In this document: positions 25,493 through 34,889 of the stretch, piece after piece
Numbering within the stretch: the stretch's first letter is position 1
Layout of the letters: each line of letters begins with the position of its first letter
Source: a virus
Length of the DNA stretch: 64,000 bases
Virus record (IMG/VR): IMGVR_UViG_3300029183_000001
Location: 1,900 to 65,899 of that record
Strand: one strand, 5' to 3'
Program-made: the position numbers and the translations under genes
Notes under the pieces: generated by a model
What the model saw: the letters and a program-made list of their open reading frames with translations, nothing else
What the model was told of the DNA's origin: nothing
Database searches by the model: none

Positions 25493-28411
25493 TTAATACA
25501 AGGGATTCCAGGTTGATCCATCACATCCATAATGCTTCGTCCCATTATATCTAATCTCCCCCTCCAATGTTGAATTACAAGTGCCTAAAGTCGTGTCATC
25601 AAAATCCACATGATCCGCCTCTATCCCGCCTGAAAAACTCGCCTCTCCTCCTAAAAAGAAATATGCACCTGTGCTCATAGTTATAGACCCATCCCCTCCT
25701 CCATCAGATAATGCGATATATGGTGTACTCCCTACTGTTCCGGTGGGTTGGATATAAAATAAAGATGATGGCACAAATTCTAATTGTGAGAGATTTTCAA
25801 TATGCTGATTCTCCGCATCATTATCCTTCAACAACACATCAGCCAAATCATCCCTTTCATTATTTGAATCATTGTCATTATCGGACACATCAATCGTTGT
25901 GTTCGCTCCATCTGATATCTGAATCTCAACCTGTACTCCGTTCTTAGTGTGGCTCAAATCCTGGTCATCCTCCGCATGGAATGTCACTCGGGATCCCGAG
26001 CGCGCCAATGTCATATTATCACCAGCTTCCAACTCAACATCTGATGCACTGTTTCCAATATCAATTTTAACCACATCAGAACTCACATCGGCCAATGTCA
26101 ATCCCTGGTCATCTCCTGCATCATCTCCTCTCAGATCTCCCGTTGAGAATCCTAATCCATCATTAGAAGTGAATGTTACAACCCCTGTGTTCCCATCATA
26201 TGATCCACCAGTAAATCCCGCGCCTGTCGCACCCGTCCCTCCTGTGGCACCTGGATCTCCATCATCTCCCTTATCTCCTTTATCACCTTTATCACCTTTA
26301 GCTCCTCTCAAATCAGTTGTTGAGAATCCCAAATTATCATCACTCGTAAACGTCACGATTCCGGTATTCCCATCATACGATCCACCAGTCCATCCATCTC
26401 CATCTGTTCCAGGCGCTCCCGGATCTCCTGGCTGTCCTGGATCACCTTGACCACCTGGATCGCCCTGATCGCCTTGATCTCCTTTGTCACCCTTGTCGCC
26501 TTTGTCGCCCTTGTCGCCTTTTGCACCCTTGATATTCCCCATATTCGCCCATGCTCCCCCGTTCTTCTCATATAGGTTATAATCTTGATTATTGATCGCC
26601 ACATCCCCATCATCTCCATAAGAACTTCCAGGCGTGAACGAAATCACATTTATCTCATCACCTGGATCTCCCTGAGCTCCTGGATCTCCAGGATCGCCCT
26701 GATCGCCCTTATCCCCTTTATCGCCTTTCTCCCCTGTAATGTCAGTTAAGAACTGGAAAGTAGATCCATCATATTGGAAAATCACATCATTCTGATAATT
26801 GAATGCAAAGTCGCCAACATCTGCCCATCCAGAAACATTGTTAGGCGCTCCATTGAATGCTCCCCACTTTGTTCCTCTCTCTCCATCTGCTCCCTGATCA
26901 CCTTGATCTCCCTGATCACCTTTATCTCCTCTCGGTATATAAAACCTCAATTCTGCAGATGTTGAGCTACCTTCATTTACCACATCCGCATTTTGTCCTG
27001 CAGGAAGCGTCTGAGTAGTTAGTATCAAGATGGTCGCATTGGTGCCATCTTCACCATCATCTCCATCTGTTCCATTAGTTCCATTATCTCCCGGATCACC
27101 TTTATCGCCTTTGTCACCTTTGTCGCCCTTATCGCCTTTGTCGCCCTTCGCTCCCTGGATAGGCCCTAAATCAAGCCATCCAGTAGGAGTACAGGTGAAA
27201 ATATGGTCCGGATCAAACGAAGTCACTTTATACGCCTCCCCTTCAATCGCTCCATTACAGGTCGGCAGATCAAGCACATTCACCACTTCTCCAACAATGG
27301 TGAAGCTCGTTCCATCCACTCCATCAGTTCCATCAGCACCCGGATCTCCCTGGTCTCCCTTATCACCCTTCTCTCCTTCCGGGCCGGTCAGATCAATCGT
27401 CGTGAAAGATCCTCCATTTGTGTAATTGATTGTAAAGGTTCCATTACCATTCTCAGTGATAAAATCAATTCCATTTCCCGTCGCTCCTGTGTTTCCAATT
27501 GACCCCTGTGGTCCAGTCAAATCACTCGTCGTGAAACTGGATAGATCCGAATAATTGAAAGTAAACGTACCATTCCCATTATCAACTGTCGAAACAATCC
27601 CAACGCCTGCCACACCTTGCGGCCCTTGACCTCCTGTCTGCCCTTGCGGTCCAGTCAAATCATTGGAGGTGAACGTTGTTAGATCTGTGTAAGTAATGGT
27701 AAAGGTTCCATTACCATTATCAACCGTGGACAGTACTCCAACCCCATCCGCTCCAGGTACACCCTGTTCCCCTTGCTCTCCCTGGGGTCCTTGTGGCCCT
27801 GTGAAATCTCCATCATCTACAGCATCGGCCAATTCTTGCACATTAGTGATCGATGAACTCAAATTGTTATTGAAATTCGTATTATCCAATCCGACCTCTA
27901 ATCCAGTTTGATCATCTGTCCCGGTTCCATCCTGGAGAGCAGCGAGATCAACTGTTATCGTATTGCCATCTTCAATCGAGATCGACACCTCAGTTCCGAC
28001 CAATGAAAAATCCGTGAATGTCTGATCATCAGATATCGACAAACTTGATAAATCCACAAGTTCACTTCCTCCATCTTCCAGTGTAATGAATAATTGATTT
28101 CCGATTAACTCAAATTGAGTGATCTGTTGATCATCCGTCCCTCCCTGCTCGGGCGCCACAAGCACAACCGGGACTTCTGTGATAAACACAGTCCTTTGTC
28201 TCTCATCTCCATTTTTCATGATGAATGAAATACTATCCGGGTATTCCAATTTAATCACTTCATTCAAAGATGAATCTTGCCGCTTCCCATTATCATCCGT
28301 TACAATTACATTATTCCTTCCAGGAACATCACTAAGCGCAATGGTCGGCACTTGACCGACTAATTCAATTGAACAAATAAGAAGAGATAATATGATCAAC
28401 AGATTTTTCAA
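25493..28411 (-). CDS. collagen-like fibre protein with signal peptide
   Basis: Several Gly-X-Y runs (GDKGDKGDK, GPQGPQGEQ) separated by globular repeats; MKNLLIILSLLICSIELVG|Q. Confidence 0.9.
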   Translation of the reverse strand: MKNLLIILSLLICSIELVGQVPTIALSDVPGRNNVIVTDDNGKRQDSSLNEVIKLEYPDSISFIMKNGDERQRTVFITEVPVVLVAPEQGGTDDQQITQFELIGNQLFITLEDGGSELVDLSSLSISDDQTFTDFSLVGTEVSISIEDGNTITVDLAALQDGTGTDDQTGLEVGLDNTNFNNNLSSSITNVQELADAVDDGDFTGPQGPQGEQGEQGVPGADGVGVLSTVDNGNGTFTITYTDLTTFTSNDLTGPQGQTGGQGPQGVAGVGIVSTVDNGNGTFTFNYSDLSSFTTSDLTGPQGSIGNTGATGNGIDFITENGNGTFTINYTNGGSFTTIDLTGPEGEKGDKGDQGDPGADGTDGVDGTSFTIVGEVVNVLDLPTCNGAIEGEAYKVTSFDPDHIFTCTPTGWLDLGPIQGAKGDKGDKGDKGDKGDKGDPGDNGTNGTDGDDGEDGTNATILILTTQTLPAGQNADVVNEGSSTSAELRFYIPRGDKGDQGDQGDQGADGERGTKWGAFNGAPNNVSGWADVGDFAFNYQNDVIFQYDGSTFQFLTDITGEKGDKGDKGDQGDPGDPGAQGDPGDEINVISFTPGSSYGDDGDVAINNQDYNLYEKNGGAWANMGNIKGAKGDKGDKGDKGDKGDQGDQGDPGGQGDPGQPGDPGAPGTDGDGWTGGSYDGNTGIVTFTSDDNLGFSTTDLRGAKGDKGDKGDKGDDGDPGATGGTGATGAGFTGGSYDGNTGVVTFTSNDGLGFSTGDLRGDDAGDDQGLTLADVSSDVVKIDIGNSASDVELEAGDNMTLARSGSRVTFHAEDDQDLSHTKNGVQVEIQISDGANTTIDVSDNDNDSNNERDDLADVLLKDNDAENQHIENLSQLEFVPSSLFYIQPTGTVGSTPYIALSDGGGDGSITMSTGAYFFLGGEASFSGGIEADHVDFDDTTLGTCNSTLEGEIRYNGTKHYGCDGSTWNPLY
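26215..27800. repeat. 9-nt tandem repeats encoding collagen triplets, plus interspersed ~30-aa repeats
   Basis: cctttgtcg/cccttgtcg runs; three STVDNGNGTFT-type and two GGSYDGNTGxVTFTS units. Confidence 0.85.
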
Positions 28412-28421
28412 ACCACTCTTT

Positions 28422-28952
28422 TTATAGATTCCAAATCATGGCCGCTAATTCAGCCTTTGTTTTTCCACTGATATCATCATTACTAATCCCGGCCTCTCTC
28501 GCCCACTTCCTCAATTGAGATATTTTGTTGTCATCTAAATCGCCAGGACCGGAGTAAATGCTTTTCAATTTATCAGCAATACCCTGATCTCCCCCACCTG
28601 ATCCTCCTTCTCCATCTGAATCGCTGATCTTGGTAACTGTCTTGGCTCCTCCTTTCTCATTTATTTTGGCAATATACCTCTCATGTTTTCGGATCTGCTT
28701 TCCAATTTGAGTCTTCTCTTTCCTCTGCTCTTCAATTACACTTTGAGCAGTGGCATCCCTCTCTCTTAAAATTGAAATAATCCACTCATGTCCCTTTATT
28801 AATGCGCTGTCAGTTTTCACAACGTTGATATCCAATCCAAGACTTTCAACCTTGTAAGTAGAATCAGTCTCAGTTGTTATAATTTCATTCTTCTGCGAAA
28901 AGCAGCTAATTGAAATTAGAAACCCAAAAATCAATAGTGCTATATTTTTCAT
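28422..28952 (-). CDS. secreted coiled-coil protein with C-terminal Rho-N/HeH-like helices
   Basis: MKNIALLIFGFLISISCFS|Q; ISQLRKWAREAGI...SGKTKAELAAMI. Confidence 0.65.
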   Translation of the reverse strand: MKNIALLIFGFLISISCFSQKNEIITTETDSTYKVESLGLDINVVKTDSALIKGHEWIISILRERDATAQSVIEEQRKEKTQIGKQIRKHERYIAKINEKGGAKTVTKISDSDGEGGSGGGDQGIADKLKSIYSGPGDLDDNKISQLRKWAREAGISNDDISGKTKAELAAMIWNL

Positions 28953-28957
28953 TTTTT

Positions 28958-30043
28958 CTATTTGTTATAAAGTGTATAATCAAATTTCAACCCCCATGAA
29001 TTTAGAAAATCTTCTATGTACGGGAATATCTCTTTTTCAACTTCCAGGACTGAAATATTATAATACTCCTTCCTTGGTTCATCGTCTCCTCCTGGATCTT
29101 GAATCTCTCCATGTAACACTTCTCCTCCAAGTTCAAAATTGATCATTCCACAACTTCCATTCCCGCAATGAATTTGCCCCCAATGTTTCCAAACCTCTTT
29201 GTCCCACAAGCCAGTATCAGGGTTGTACTCTCTTCTCTTTCTTCTGGTGTCGATATAAACCTTGTCATCAAATTCATTCCCATATGCCGGATCGGTTTCA
29301 AAATCAAAGTAAAATCCAGGAGACTTGTAGTGTCCATATGATGGTATAAAATAGATTCCTTTGAATGCCGTGATATAACCCTCTGCATATTTCCTCTTCT
29401 TCCCTGGACTTTCTAAGATCTCATTAACAATCTTCTCAAGCCACGGCATCTCTCCATAGAACTCACTTATGTGCGTTTCCCCTGCTTTGAATTCCTCCAG
29501 CTCTGCGACCAACTCCCCTCCGGAGGCCACATCTGTCCACGGGTTATCAAAACTGTCATACCTGATTCCCGAATAAGCCCACGGAGCGAAATATGCCAAT
29601 ATGAATCCATCTCGGATCTTCTTATGGTAATATCCTGTTGGATCATAAGATGAATAATTCACCCTGTAGATATCATACGTCTCAGCATCAAACATCACCT
29701 GGATAACTTCTCTTTCATTTTTCTTCCCGACATACAACCTTTGGAAATGATACGAGTCCTCTTTTGGTATCTGACTCAATACACTCTTCAAAACATCTCC
29801 TCCTCCAATGGCATCAATCCTGTCTTTCAATCTCTGAATCTCAGTATTCGCCACATTCAGCGAATCAATCAAATCAAGCCTCTCATATAGCTTGTCTGCA
29901 ACATCGGCATCAATCAAAGTTCTCACTCTTCGGCTCTCCTCTGCCTGTAACATCAATTCGGTCGGCTCTCGTTCCTTGTAGATTGCCTGTCCAAATACAT
30001 CTCCCAAAATGGAGACCATGAAAATCAATACAATAAATCTCAT
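28958..30043 (-). CDS. secreted hypothetical protein
   Basis: MRFIVLIFMVSILGDVFG|Q; Tyr/Phe-rich. Confidence 0.75.
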   Translation of the reverse strand: MRFIVLIFMVSILGDVFGQAIYKEREPTELMLQAEESRRVRTLIDADVADKLYERLDLIDSLNVANTEIQRLKDRIDAIGGGDVLKSVLSQIPKEDSYHFQRLYVGKKNEREVIQVMFDAETYDIYRVNYSSYDPTGYYHKKIRDGFILAYFAPWAYSGIRYDSFDNPWTDVASGGELVAELEEFKAGETHISEFYGEMPWLEKIVNEILESPGKKRKYAEGYITAFKGIYFIPSYGHYKSPGFYFDFETDPAYGNEFDDKVYIDTRRKRREYNPDTGLWDKEVWKHWGQIHCGNGSCGMINFELGGEVLHGEIQDPGGDDEPRKEYYNISVLEVEKEIFPYIEDFLNSWGLKFDYTLYNK

Positions 30044-30052
30044 TGGTAAAAA

Positions 30053-31288
30053 TTAACTGGTTAAAGAATTTAGTTTGTTCAACGTTATGTAATCCGAATC
30101 AAAATGATCCGGCAATGTTTCCGGTATATCAATCACAATCTGAGATCCAAACATCAGCCCTGCATTCCCTCCTGTCTCCCCTGGGAAAAATCCAGGGTAA
30201 TTAACCTCATGAGTCACTCCGCTCCAATACTTCCTATTCTTTCCATCTGAATCAAAATGAGGATTCCACCAATACGAATCCTGATCAACAACAATATGAG
30301 ATCCATACACCCTTTCCCAACCTTCAGGATGGTAAGGCGTCAATACTGGATCTTTAATAATCTTGAACTCATAAGGATTGTCACCGACTCCGCAATATAT
30401 CGCTCTATGGTTATGTGCTGCCGACTCGCTCCCACAAGTGAAAGTCAACAAATACTTCTCCCCCACTTTTACAACTCCTGAAGCATGAACCAACCGGCTC
30501 CCCAACGGATGAAGGTTGTTGGCCTCGCAATGCGATCCACTCAAAATCCATCTATCAAATTCCCATTCTCTCAATGAACCCTCTTTGCAAATATAGGTGC
30601 ATAGGTAATACTTATCACTTTGATAAGTTCCCGCCTGAGCTCCTCCCCTTTGAAGGTTATGGTAAACATTACAATAAGCCATTAATCGATCTGTGCCGTC
30701 CTCCATACGCTTGACATCCGTCATATCGATCCAATTAAACCTCTCTCCATTTGGCCCCAAAGGTATTCCTCCTTTCTTCGAGATCTTCGTTGCATCAATT
30801 ACTGGTGTCTTCTCAGTGATCCATCTACTCTTCCCATCTGGCCTTTGGTTCGGTTGAACATCATAACCAGGTGCCGGCCAATCCATTGTCCCTTCCGCTT
30901 GGTAATTGTACGACAAATAGACCGACTTTGAATAATTCGGCTGTCCTCCAACTTGACCTCCCCAAAACATGAAATATGCAAATGATGGATAACTCCCCAT
31001 CCTGGGATCATGCCTCAATACCGACACCTCACACTTATTCATTCCGGGAACATCTGATATATGAGTTGCCAATCTTGGATTCTTCCAATTGGTCAACCCA
31101 TCAACACTGCTATGCGTTACATGCTGCTTACTCTTCGCATTCACCACATACTCTCCAATCCTTCCATCCCAAATCACATATGGAGGATAGTACTGATTCT
31201 TTACATTTCCGAAATGCCCAAAATCGACCTCATCGATCATTGGTCCATCCAGGGATTCAAAAGTTATAATCTCATTACTCATTCCCAC
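30053..31288 (-). CDS. putative five-bladed beta-propeller glycoside hydrolase (GH43/32/130-like)
   Basis: Repeated S-x-D-G-x-x-W-like blades; HASGVVKVGEKYLLTFT...AIYCGVGDNPYEFKIIKDPVLTP. Confidence 0.55.
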   Translation of the reverse strand: MGMSNEIITFESLDGPMIDEVDFGHFGNVKNQYYPPYVIWDGRIGEYVVNAKSKQHVTHSSVDGLTNWKNPRLATHISDVPGMNKCEVSVLRHDPRMGSYPSFAYFMFWGGQVGGQPNYSKSVYLSYNYQAEGTMDWPAPGYDVQPNQRPDGKSRWITEKTPVIDATKISKKGGIPLGPNGERFNWIDMTDVKRMEDGTDRLMAYCNVYHNLQRGGAQAGTYQSDKYYLCTYICKEGSLREWEFDRWILSGSHCEANNLHPLGSRLVHASGVVKVGEKYLLTFTCGSESAAHNHRAIYCGVGDNPYEFKIIKDPVLTPYHPEGWERVYGSHIVVDQDSYWWNPHFDSDGKNRKYWSGVTHEVNYPGFFPGETGGNAGLMFGSQIVIDIPETLPDHFDSDYITLNKLNSLTS

Positions 31289-31956
31289 TGTTTTGTATCT
31301 GTGTACAATATTTCAAAATTCCATCTTCTGTTTGATGTAGAAAGATTCAGAGTTGCTGCCTCTCCATTAGCATTATAAGCCGTAACCCCACTATCAACCG
31401 TTTGTCCCACAGTGGCGCCCGAGGCTACATATAAAGCAATCCAGGTATCAGACCCGAATGTTGATGTTGGGTTTTTTACAATTCCATAATTCAGTTTATG
31501 ACCTCCCCCACCTCCTTCCAATAATGGAATATCTAAATATGATCCATACCCTGCACTAATCGAAGTTGTTGAACTTCTCAATTTAGATGCGGTGTTATCA
31601 CTGATCCCCAAATTCCTCATTTTGAATCCAAGAAAGTAATTACCGGATGGAATTGGCCCATTTGAATTTACCGTCTCATTACCCGCAGTGCTCAAATCCG
31701 TTCCATCTCCATTTCCCAACTTCGTCACACTGCTCAAATTGTTTTCAATATTGGAATACTCCGCAGCCGTGATCATTACAATATCTCCATCACTGGCCGC
31801 ATCATAGTCTGCCAACGACGTGCTCAATTGCGCTCTCTGCTGATTTACTTCAATTGCAAATAAGAGCATCGATTGACCCTCTCCAATAACTGGAAAGGCC
31901 ATCATTAATATGACTATAAATTTGTACATGATACTGAACCTGTTAATCCTTTCCAA
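31279..31956 (-). CDS. secreted hypothetical beta-rich protein
   Basis: From internal Met: MYKFIVILMMAFPVIGEG|Q. Confidence 0.65.
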   Translation of the reverse strand: MERINRFSIMYKFIVILMMAFPVIGEGQSMLLFAIEVNQQRAQLSTSLADYDAASDGDIVMITAAEYSNIENNLSSVTKLGNGDGTDLSTAGNETVNSNGPIPSGNYFLGFKMRNLGISDNTASKLRSSTTSISAGYGSYLDIPLLEGGGGGHKLNYGIVKNPTSTFGSDTWIALYVASGATVGQTVDSGVTAYNANGEAATLNLSTSNRRWNFEILYTDTKQWE

Positions 31957-34889
31957 TCTGTATTATTTGCCGTTACTTCAAAATCAATCACATCACCTGT
32001 ATTGATTGTGAAATCTGAGAAATTCAAAGTCGTCGCGCTAAGCGTTGTCAACGCTATACTTCCCTGTGATACATCATTCTTCCTTATATGTACAGTCACA
32101 GACGGGGATCCGCTCGTCGTTCCGCTATCCGCTTTAAACTCAACCTCTGTGCAACTGACTCCATCATAAGCCTCCGGTGTAGCCAAATAACTCTCACTCT
32201 CTGATATCGTAATGCTCTGAGATCTCCCAAACATCTGTATAGAAATTGGAGGAAGGGCATATGGTAGATCTATATTCTTCGTCGCCTCTCCATCTCCTTC
32301 AATCGACAACTGAATTCTGTGATTCGCAGCATCAAAGCTCGATACATCAAATGTTTGGTCATCCGTTCCTGTTCCATCCTGGAGGGAAGCAAGATCAACT
32401 GTCTGATTCGCTTCTCCATCATCTTCCAATGAGATTTCCAGCGTGGTGCCATTCAAATTTAGGAAATCAATTGTTTGGTCATCACTTGTTGCAATCCCGG
32501 TCAATCCTGATCCATCACCTACAAACGCAGTCGCTGTAACGGTTCCATTTACCTCCAATGCAGTACTCGGTGACTTCTCATTTCCAATTCCAACGAATCC
32601 AGTTGATTCATCCAAGAATAACATTGACACCCCTTGATCATTAGTATGTGATACATCATTTCCATTTGCCGGTCTAAATATCACCTCATTATTGGTGTCA
32701 TCTAATTGCCAGTGCATATATGCTGTCGCCCCTTCCGCTAAACTAAGAACAGTCTGCGCAGTGGTTATATCACTTCCAGAAACTACCAATCTCGCCCACG
32801 GGTCAGTCAATCCAATTCCAACATCTCCATCATCTTCAATCGTCATCCGAATTCCATTATTGGTTCCCGCCCCTCTCGTCCAAAATTGTAAATCTCCTTG
32901 ATTCGTGCCATGATCAAGAAACCTGGCCGCAATCATTGCAGAAGCCGGTTGTGTAGATCCATCCGAAAAGAACATCGTCGCATAATTGAAATTCGTTTGG
33001 TTGTCATTCGTCATGATCAACGGATTCCCACTCGATGTAATAGCCGTCCCTCCTGATGTTGTTGCGAATACACCTCCGCTTGCATTTGATGATTGTATAT
33101 GCAATAACTTATTTGGCACATTAGTACCGATCCCAACCCTCTGCTGATTATCAACCCTTAAAGCAAAAGTTGAATTGGTGAATATGTCAAAATGGTAATT
33201 CCCTACAGTCTCGATATATGGTGAATTATAAATATCTCCATACGCTCCAAATTCAACCTCTCCAATGCCCGTTCTCTCTATTTTCATTCTTGATCCAAGG
33301 TGGGAAGTCCCTTCGATATGCAATGCCATCTCAGCGTCCAATGCTCCTATTCCTAAATATCCTAAATAATTCAATGCCATCTTCTGTAGAACAAGCCCTG
33401 CATTAGCGACTGACCAAATTATTCTCCCATCTTCTGATCCATCGGTTGGATCTTGGATATCTCCCGTAACCCTTACATAATTTTGGGCATTCCCCAAATT
33501 GTCTTTTGCATAGTAATTTATATACCCCGCATTTCCCGGCCCTCCTCCGGCATCTCTGAATAATGACAGTTCTGGTATTGTGCCGCCTGTTCCTCTTACT
33601 CCAATAGTTGTGTTTGTAATCCCTGAATGAATACCTCCAACATCAAGCAGCGCATTTGGTGTTGATGTCTTTACTCCAATTTCTCCACCAGTTACCCGGA
33701 CAACCTCTCCACTTCCATCATGAATCGCCAACTCACTTCCTGATCCTGGATTATCGATCTTTGAATGCCCACTATTGGCAGTGTTGTAATACTTCGATGA
33801 GCTATTCGTCCTATGCAAAATATCTCCACCTCCATTCATCTCCAAATTTCCTCCTCCTCCAATTACCAACTGCTCATTCGCATTCAGATAATTGATCCCT
33901 ACATTGCCCGTGCTCTTTAATACCAATTGATATTCTGATGTCTGATCATTGTACCACGCATGATTCGCGCTCCCCCCACTAAACAATCTCATTTGATCAA
34001 CTCCATTCTCCTGGTATGCAACAAGGGTTCTTGATCCTGTTCCAGTCCAATTATACCGAACCATTTTATTGGTAGTTCCTTCATAGATAACCGCCCCTCC
34101 TTTGTAATGTGCTAACGCCCCTGGGTTTGTTTCTCCAACTCCAAAATTCCCCCCTGATATAATAAAATCACCAGAACCGGAAAACGTTACATCATTTCCA
34201 TCTTTATCAATATCTCGAGCTGCGGTAACTGTCCCATCACTCGAATAAATATTCGCTCCTGATATTGTTGCCGGATCTACTGGCATAAGCTCTCCATTGA
34301 CATCCATTCCCACAAGATCTTCCAGCGTCAATGTTGTTCTGAGAGTCGGCATATGGACTCCCCCATCATTGCTCACTTTGAAAGTTACGACACTGTTTGA
34401 ATTGAGACTTGTCATCCCCGCATGCCTCATCCATACTTCTCCATATCCTCCAGGCCCACCAGTGTCATAAAACTGGATGTAATTCACGCCTGCCAATCCA
34501 GGTCCTAAATAGATCTTGTAGTTCCCATTCTCAACCTCCATATCTCCCGTAACATCGAAGTTCTGTTCCGGGGTGGGGTCATTTATCCCAACGTGTCCAC
34601 TTGATAGGATATACACATTTAAAGACCCATCAAAGATCAAATCATTTCCATTCAACGTAACCGTCCTATCCTCATCCAAAGATCCGTCCGTTTCATAAAA
34701 CCTCTCCTCGGCATCAACCACACTATCCACATACGGCTTCGCCACAAATAGAGTGTCTAAATCAATTGTATTGATCGGCTTAACGAAAACAGTGTCAACC
34801 CCTGTTACTTGACCTTTCAGGCTACTGGACGCAAACGCGCACAACCCAAGAAGGGTCAAGATTCTGATAAAAATTAATGTTCTGTCCAT
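31914..34889 (-). CDS. tail-fibre-like protein with signal peptide
   Basis: Eight GxVGIGxxxP-type repeats, DDQ repeats, C-terminal beta-sandwich; ...GLCAFASSSLKG|Q. Confidence 0.8.
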   Translation of the reverse strand: MDRTLIFIRILTLLGLCAFASSSLKGQVTGVDTVFVKPINTIDLDTLFVAKPYVDSVVDAEERFYETDGSLDEDRTVTLNGNDLIFDGSLNVYILSSGHVGINDPTPEQNFDVTGDMEVENGNYKIYLGPGLAGVNYIQFYDTGGPGGYGEVWMRHAGMTSLNSNSVVTFKVSNDGGVHMPTLRTTLTLEDLVGMDVNGELMPVDPATISGANIYSSDGTVTAARDIDKDGNDVTFSGSGDFIISGGNFGVGETNPGALAHYKGGAVIYEGTTNKMVRYNWTGTGSRTLVAYQENGVDQMRLFSGGSANHAWYNDQTSEYQLVLKSTGNVGINYLNANEQLVIGGGGNLEMNGGGDILHRTNSSSKYYNTANSGHSKIDNPGSGSELAIHDGSGEVVRVTGGEIGVKTSTPNALLDVGGIHSGITNTTIGVRGTGGTIPELSLFRDAGGGPGNAGYINYYAKDNLGNAQNYVRVTGDIQDPTDGSEDGRIIWSVANAGLVLQKMALNYLGYLGIGALDAEMALHIEGTSHLGSRMKIERTGIGEVEFGAYGDIYNSPYIETVGNYHFDIFTNSTFALRVDNQQRVGIGTNVPNKLLHIQSSNASGGVFATTSGGTAITSSGNPLIMTNDNQTNFNYATMFFSDGSTQPASAMIAARFLDHGTNQGDLQFWTRGAGTNNGIRMTIEDDGDVGIGLTDPWARLVVSGSDITTAQTVLSLAEGATAYMHWQLDDTNNEVIFRPANGNDVSHTNDQGVSMLFLDESTGFVGIGNEKSPSTALEVNGTVTATAFVGDGSGLTGIATSDDQTIDFLNLNGTTLEISLEDDGEANQTVDLASLQDGTGTDDQTFDVSSFDAANHRIQLSIEGDGEATKNIDLPYALPPISIQMFGRSQSITISESESYLATPEAYDGVSCTEVEFKADSGTTSGSPSVTVHIRKNDVSQGSIALTTLSATTLNFSDFTINTGDVIDFEVTANNTDWKGLTGSVSCTNL

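Noticed and set aside
26215-27800. Tandem repeats as possible CRISPR array or DGR template
   Set aside because: The 9-nt periodicity encodes Gly-X-Y in frame; there is no repeat-spacer structure, no cas genes and no reverse transcriptase in the window
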